Assembly (NCBI GenBank): GCA_037446135.1
Contig: JBBIJD010000029.1
Coordinates: 1 to 15,139, forward strand
From: Candidatus Fraserbacteria bacterium
GTDB lineage: Bacteria > Bipolaricaulota > Bipolaricaulia > RBG-16-55-9 > JANLFV01
Length of the DNA stretch: 15,139 bases
Direction: 5' to 3'
Below are positions 13,375 through 15,139 of the stretch, one piece after another (the stretch's first letter is position 1; the number at the start of each line of letters is the position of its first letter). The position numbers and the translations under genes are program-made. Below the pieces are notes generated by a model. The model saw nothing but the letters and a program-made list of their open reading frames with translations, had not been told where the DNA came from and ran no database searches.

Positions 13375-15139
13375 ACTCCTCCAGCGGCTTGGGGCCGAGG
13401 TCCTCCCCGGTCCGCAAGCGGAGGGCCACCTGGCCCTCTTGCTCCTCGCGGTCACCGACCACGAGCATATAAGGGATCTTCTGGAGCTGGGCCTGCCGGA
13501 TCCGGTAGGAGAGGGTCTTCCCCCCGCCGAAGAGCTCGGCCCGCAGCCCGGCCTCCCTTAAGCGGGCCACCACCCTCTCGGCATAGGCCGAGTTCTTCTC
13601 GATCACCGGGAGGACGGCCGCCTGGACCGGTGCGAGCCAAATCGGGAAAGCCCCGGCATAGTGCTCGATCAAGATCCCAAGGAACCGCTCGAGCGAGCCG
13701 AGCAAGGCCCGATGGATCATGTAAGGCCGATGCTCTCGGCTGTCCTCCCCCATGAAGGTGAGGTCGAACCTCTCCGGAAGGTTGAAGTCGAACTGGATGG
13801 TCGAGAGCTGCCAGCTCCTCCCGATCGCGTCCTTGACCTTGATGTCGATCTTCGGGCCGTAGAAGACCGCCTCGCCTTCCATCCTGGTGTAGGGGAAGCC
13901 GCGGATCTCGAGGGCCCTGGCGAGGGCCCCCTCGGCCAGCTCCCAGTCCTCGGCCCGCCCAGCATACTTCTCCGGGGTCGCGGGGTCACGGACGCTCAGG
14001 CTCAGCTCATACTCCTTGAACCCGAACGAGCCCAGCATGTAGAGGCTGAAGTCCAGGACCCTTAAGATCTCGTCCTCGACCTGGTCCGGGCGGCAGAAGA
14101 TGTGGGCATCGTCCTGGGTGAAGCCACGGACCCGCAGGAGGCCGTGAAGGACCCCACTCCGCTCATATCTGTAGACGGTCCCCAGCTCGGCCCATCTCAA
14201 GGGGAGGTCACGGTAGCTCCGCGGCTGACTCTTGTAGATGAGGATATGGAAGGGGCAGTTCATCGGCTTGAGGTAATACTCCTGCCCCTCGATCTCGATC
14301 GGGGCATACATGTTCTCACGGTAGAAGTCGAGGTGGCCGCTCCTCTCCCAGAGCCGTGCCCGCCCGATGTGCGGGGTATAGACCAGCTCATAGCCGTTCC
14401 TGAGGTGCTCCGCCCGCCAGAAGTCCTCGATTATCAGGCGGACCCTGGCCCCCTTGGGGTGCCAGTAGATCAGCCCGGTCCCACCCTCGTCATAAGTGTT
14501 ATAGAGATCGAGCTCCCGCCCGAGCCGGCGATGGTCCCGCTTGGCCGCCTCCTCCAGTTGCTTGAGGTAAGCTTCCAGCTCCTCCTTCTTGTAGAAGGCG
14601 GTCCCGTAGACCCGCTGGAGCATCTTATTCCGCTCATCCCCACGCCAGTAGGCCCCGGCCACCTCCAGGAGCTTGAAGTGCTTGACCTGGCCGGTCCGGA
14701 GCATGTGCGGCCCGCGGCAGAGGTCGAGGAATTCCCCATCCTTGTAGAGTGAGACCCGCTCATCCTCGATCCCATCCAGAAGCTCGAGCTTATAGGTCTC
14801 GCCCCTCTCAGAGAAGATCCTGCGGGCCTCCTCTTTTGGGACTTCGATCCGTTCGAAGGGGTGATCTTCTCGGATGATCCGGTCCATCTCCTTGGCGATC
14901 CTCTCCAGGTCTTCATGCGAGAGGCTCTCCGGGAGATCGAAGTCATAGTAGAAGCCCTCCGCGATCGCCGGGCCGATCCCTAGCTTCGCTTCGGGGATCA
15001 AGCGCTTGACCGCCTGGGCCAGGATATGCGAGAGGCTGTGGCGATAGATCTCCCGGGCCTCTGCGGAGTCGAGCGGGATCAGCTCGACCTCCGCCCCGTC
15101 CGGGATAGCTTGATGGAGGTCGATCAGCTCGCCAGCGAG
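13328..15139 (-). CDS. thrS: Threonine--tRNA ligase, 5'-truncated by window edge
   Basis: The frame is open to 15139 (LAGELIDLHQAIPDGAEVELI...YRHSLSHILAQAVKRL), so the true start is outside the window. Editing motifs HxxxH and DLCRGPH, then GAYWRGD, RDHRRLG, KPMNCPFH, YRYERSGVLHGLLRVRGFTQDDAH, FYGPKID, MIHRA and a C-terminal anticodon-binding domain. Confidence 0.98.
   Translation of the reverse strand, partial: LAGELIDLHQAIPDGAEVELIPLDSAEAREIYRHSLSHILAQAVKRLIPEAKLGIGPAIAEGFYYDFDLPESLSHEDLERIAKEMDRIIREDHPFERIEVPKEEARRIFSERGETYKLELLDGIEDERVSLYKDGEFLDLCRGPHMLRTGQVKHFKLLEVAGAYWRGDERNKMLQRVYGTAFYKKEELEAYLKQLEEAAKRDHRRLGRELDLYNTYDEGGTGLIYWHPKGARVRLIIEDFWRAEHLRNGYELVYTPHIGRARLWERSGHLDFYRENMYAPIEIEGQEYYLKPMNCPFHILIYKSQPRSYRDLPLRWAELGTVYRYERSGVLHGLLRVRGFTQDDAHIFCRPDQVEDEILRVLDFSLYMLGSFGFKEYELSLSVRDPATPEKYAGRAEDWELAEGALARALEIRGFPYTRMEGEAVFYGPKIDIKVKDAIGRSWQLSTIQFDFNLPERFDLTFMGEDSREHRPYMIHRALLGSLERFLGILIEHYAGAFPIWLAPVQAAVLPVIEKNSAYAERVVARLREAGLRAELFGGGKTLSYRIRQAQLQKIPYMLVVGDREEQEGQVALRLRTGEDLGPKPLEEFIALLQEKVAARAEL

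Noticed and set aside
1..15139. Frequent CTCGAG, GAGCTC and GATC words (roughly 30 CTCGAG by eye) as an uptake or HIP-like signal
   Set aside because: Most are explained by preferred codons in frame (CTC-GAG Leu-Glu, GAG-CTC, G-ATC). A codon-shuffled null model would be needed to claim real enrichment.
1..15139. CRISPR array or tandem repeat array
   Set aside because: No regularly spaced direct repeats found in any intergenic region, and no cas genes.

Overview
GC-rich bacterial chromosomal window made mostly of housekeeping genes. The style of the lineage-specific secreted proteins loosely suggests an uncultured lineage such as Bipolaricaulota/Acetothermia, but this is a weak inference. Gene order: 5'-truncated metK (+); secreted hypothetical protein (-); cold-shock protein (+) with a long structured leader; a ~170-200 nt unannotated structured intergenic element; tRNA-Val(GAC) and tRNA-Cys(GCA) (-); an apparent operon of DUF4139 protein, 72-aa ORF, phosphoglucomutase/phosphomannomutase and leuS (+); membrane-anchored coiled-coil/vWA protein (-) divergent from a membrane-anchored Ig-like protein (+); mntP (-); comEC without a beta-lactamase-fold domain (+); and 5'-truncated thrS (-). 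I saw no transposase, integrase, phage gene or CRISPR array. The most interesting signals are (1) a nested-inverted-repeat, 6S-RNA-like rod with a central bubble between the csp terminator and tRNA-Val, (2) a ~125-aa unknown domain inserted in the LeuRS CP1 editing domain, (3) an in-frame palindromic element inside comEC, (4) an anti-SD helix in the csp leader, and (5) REP-like perfect palindromes. None is confirmed without searches.
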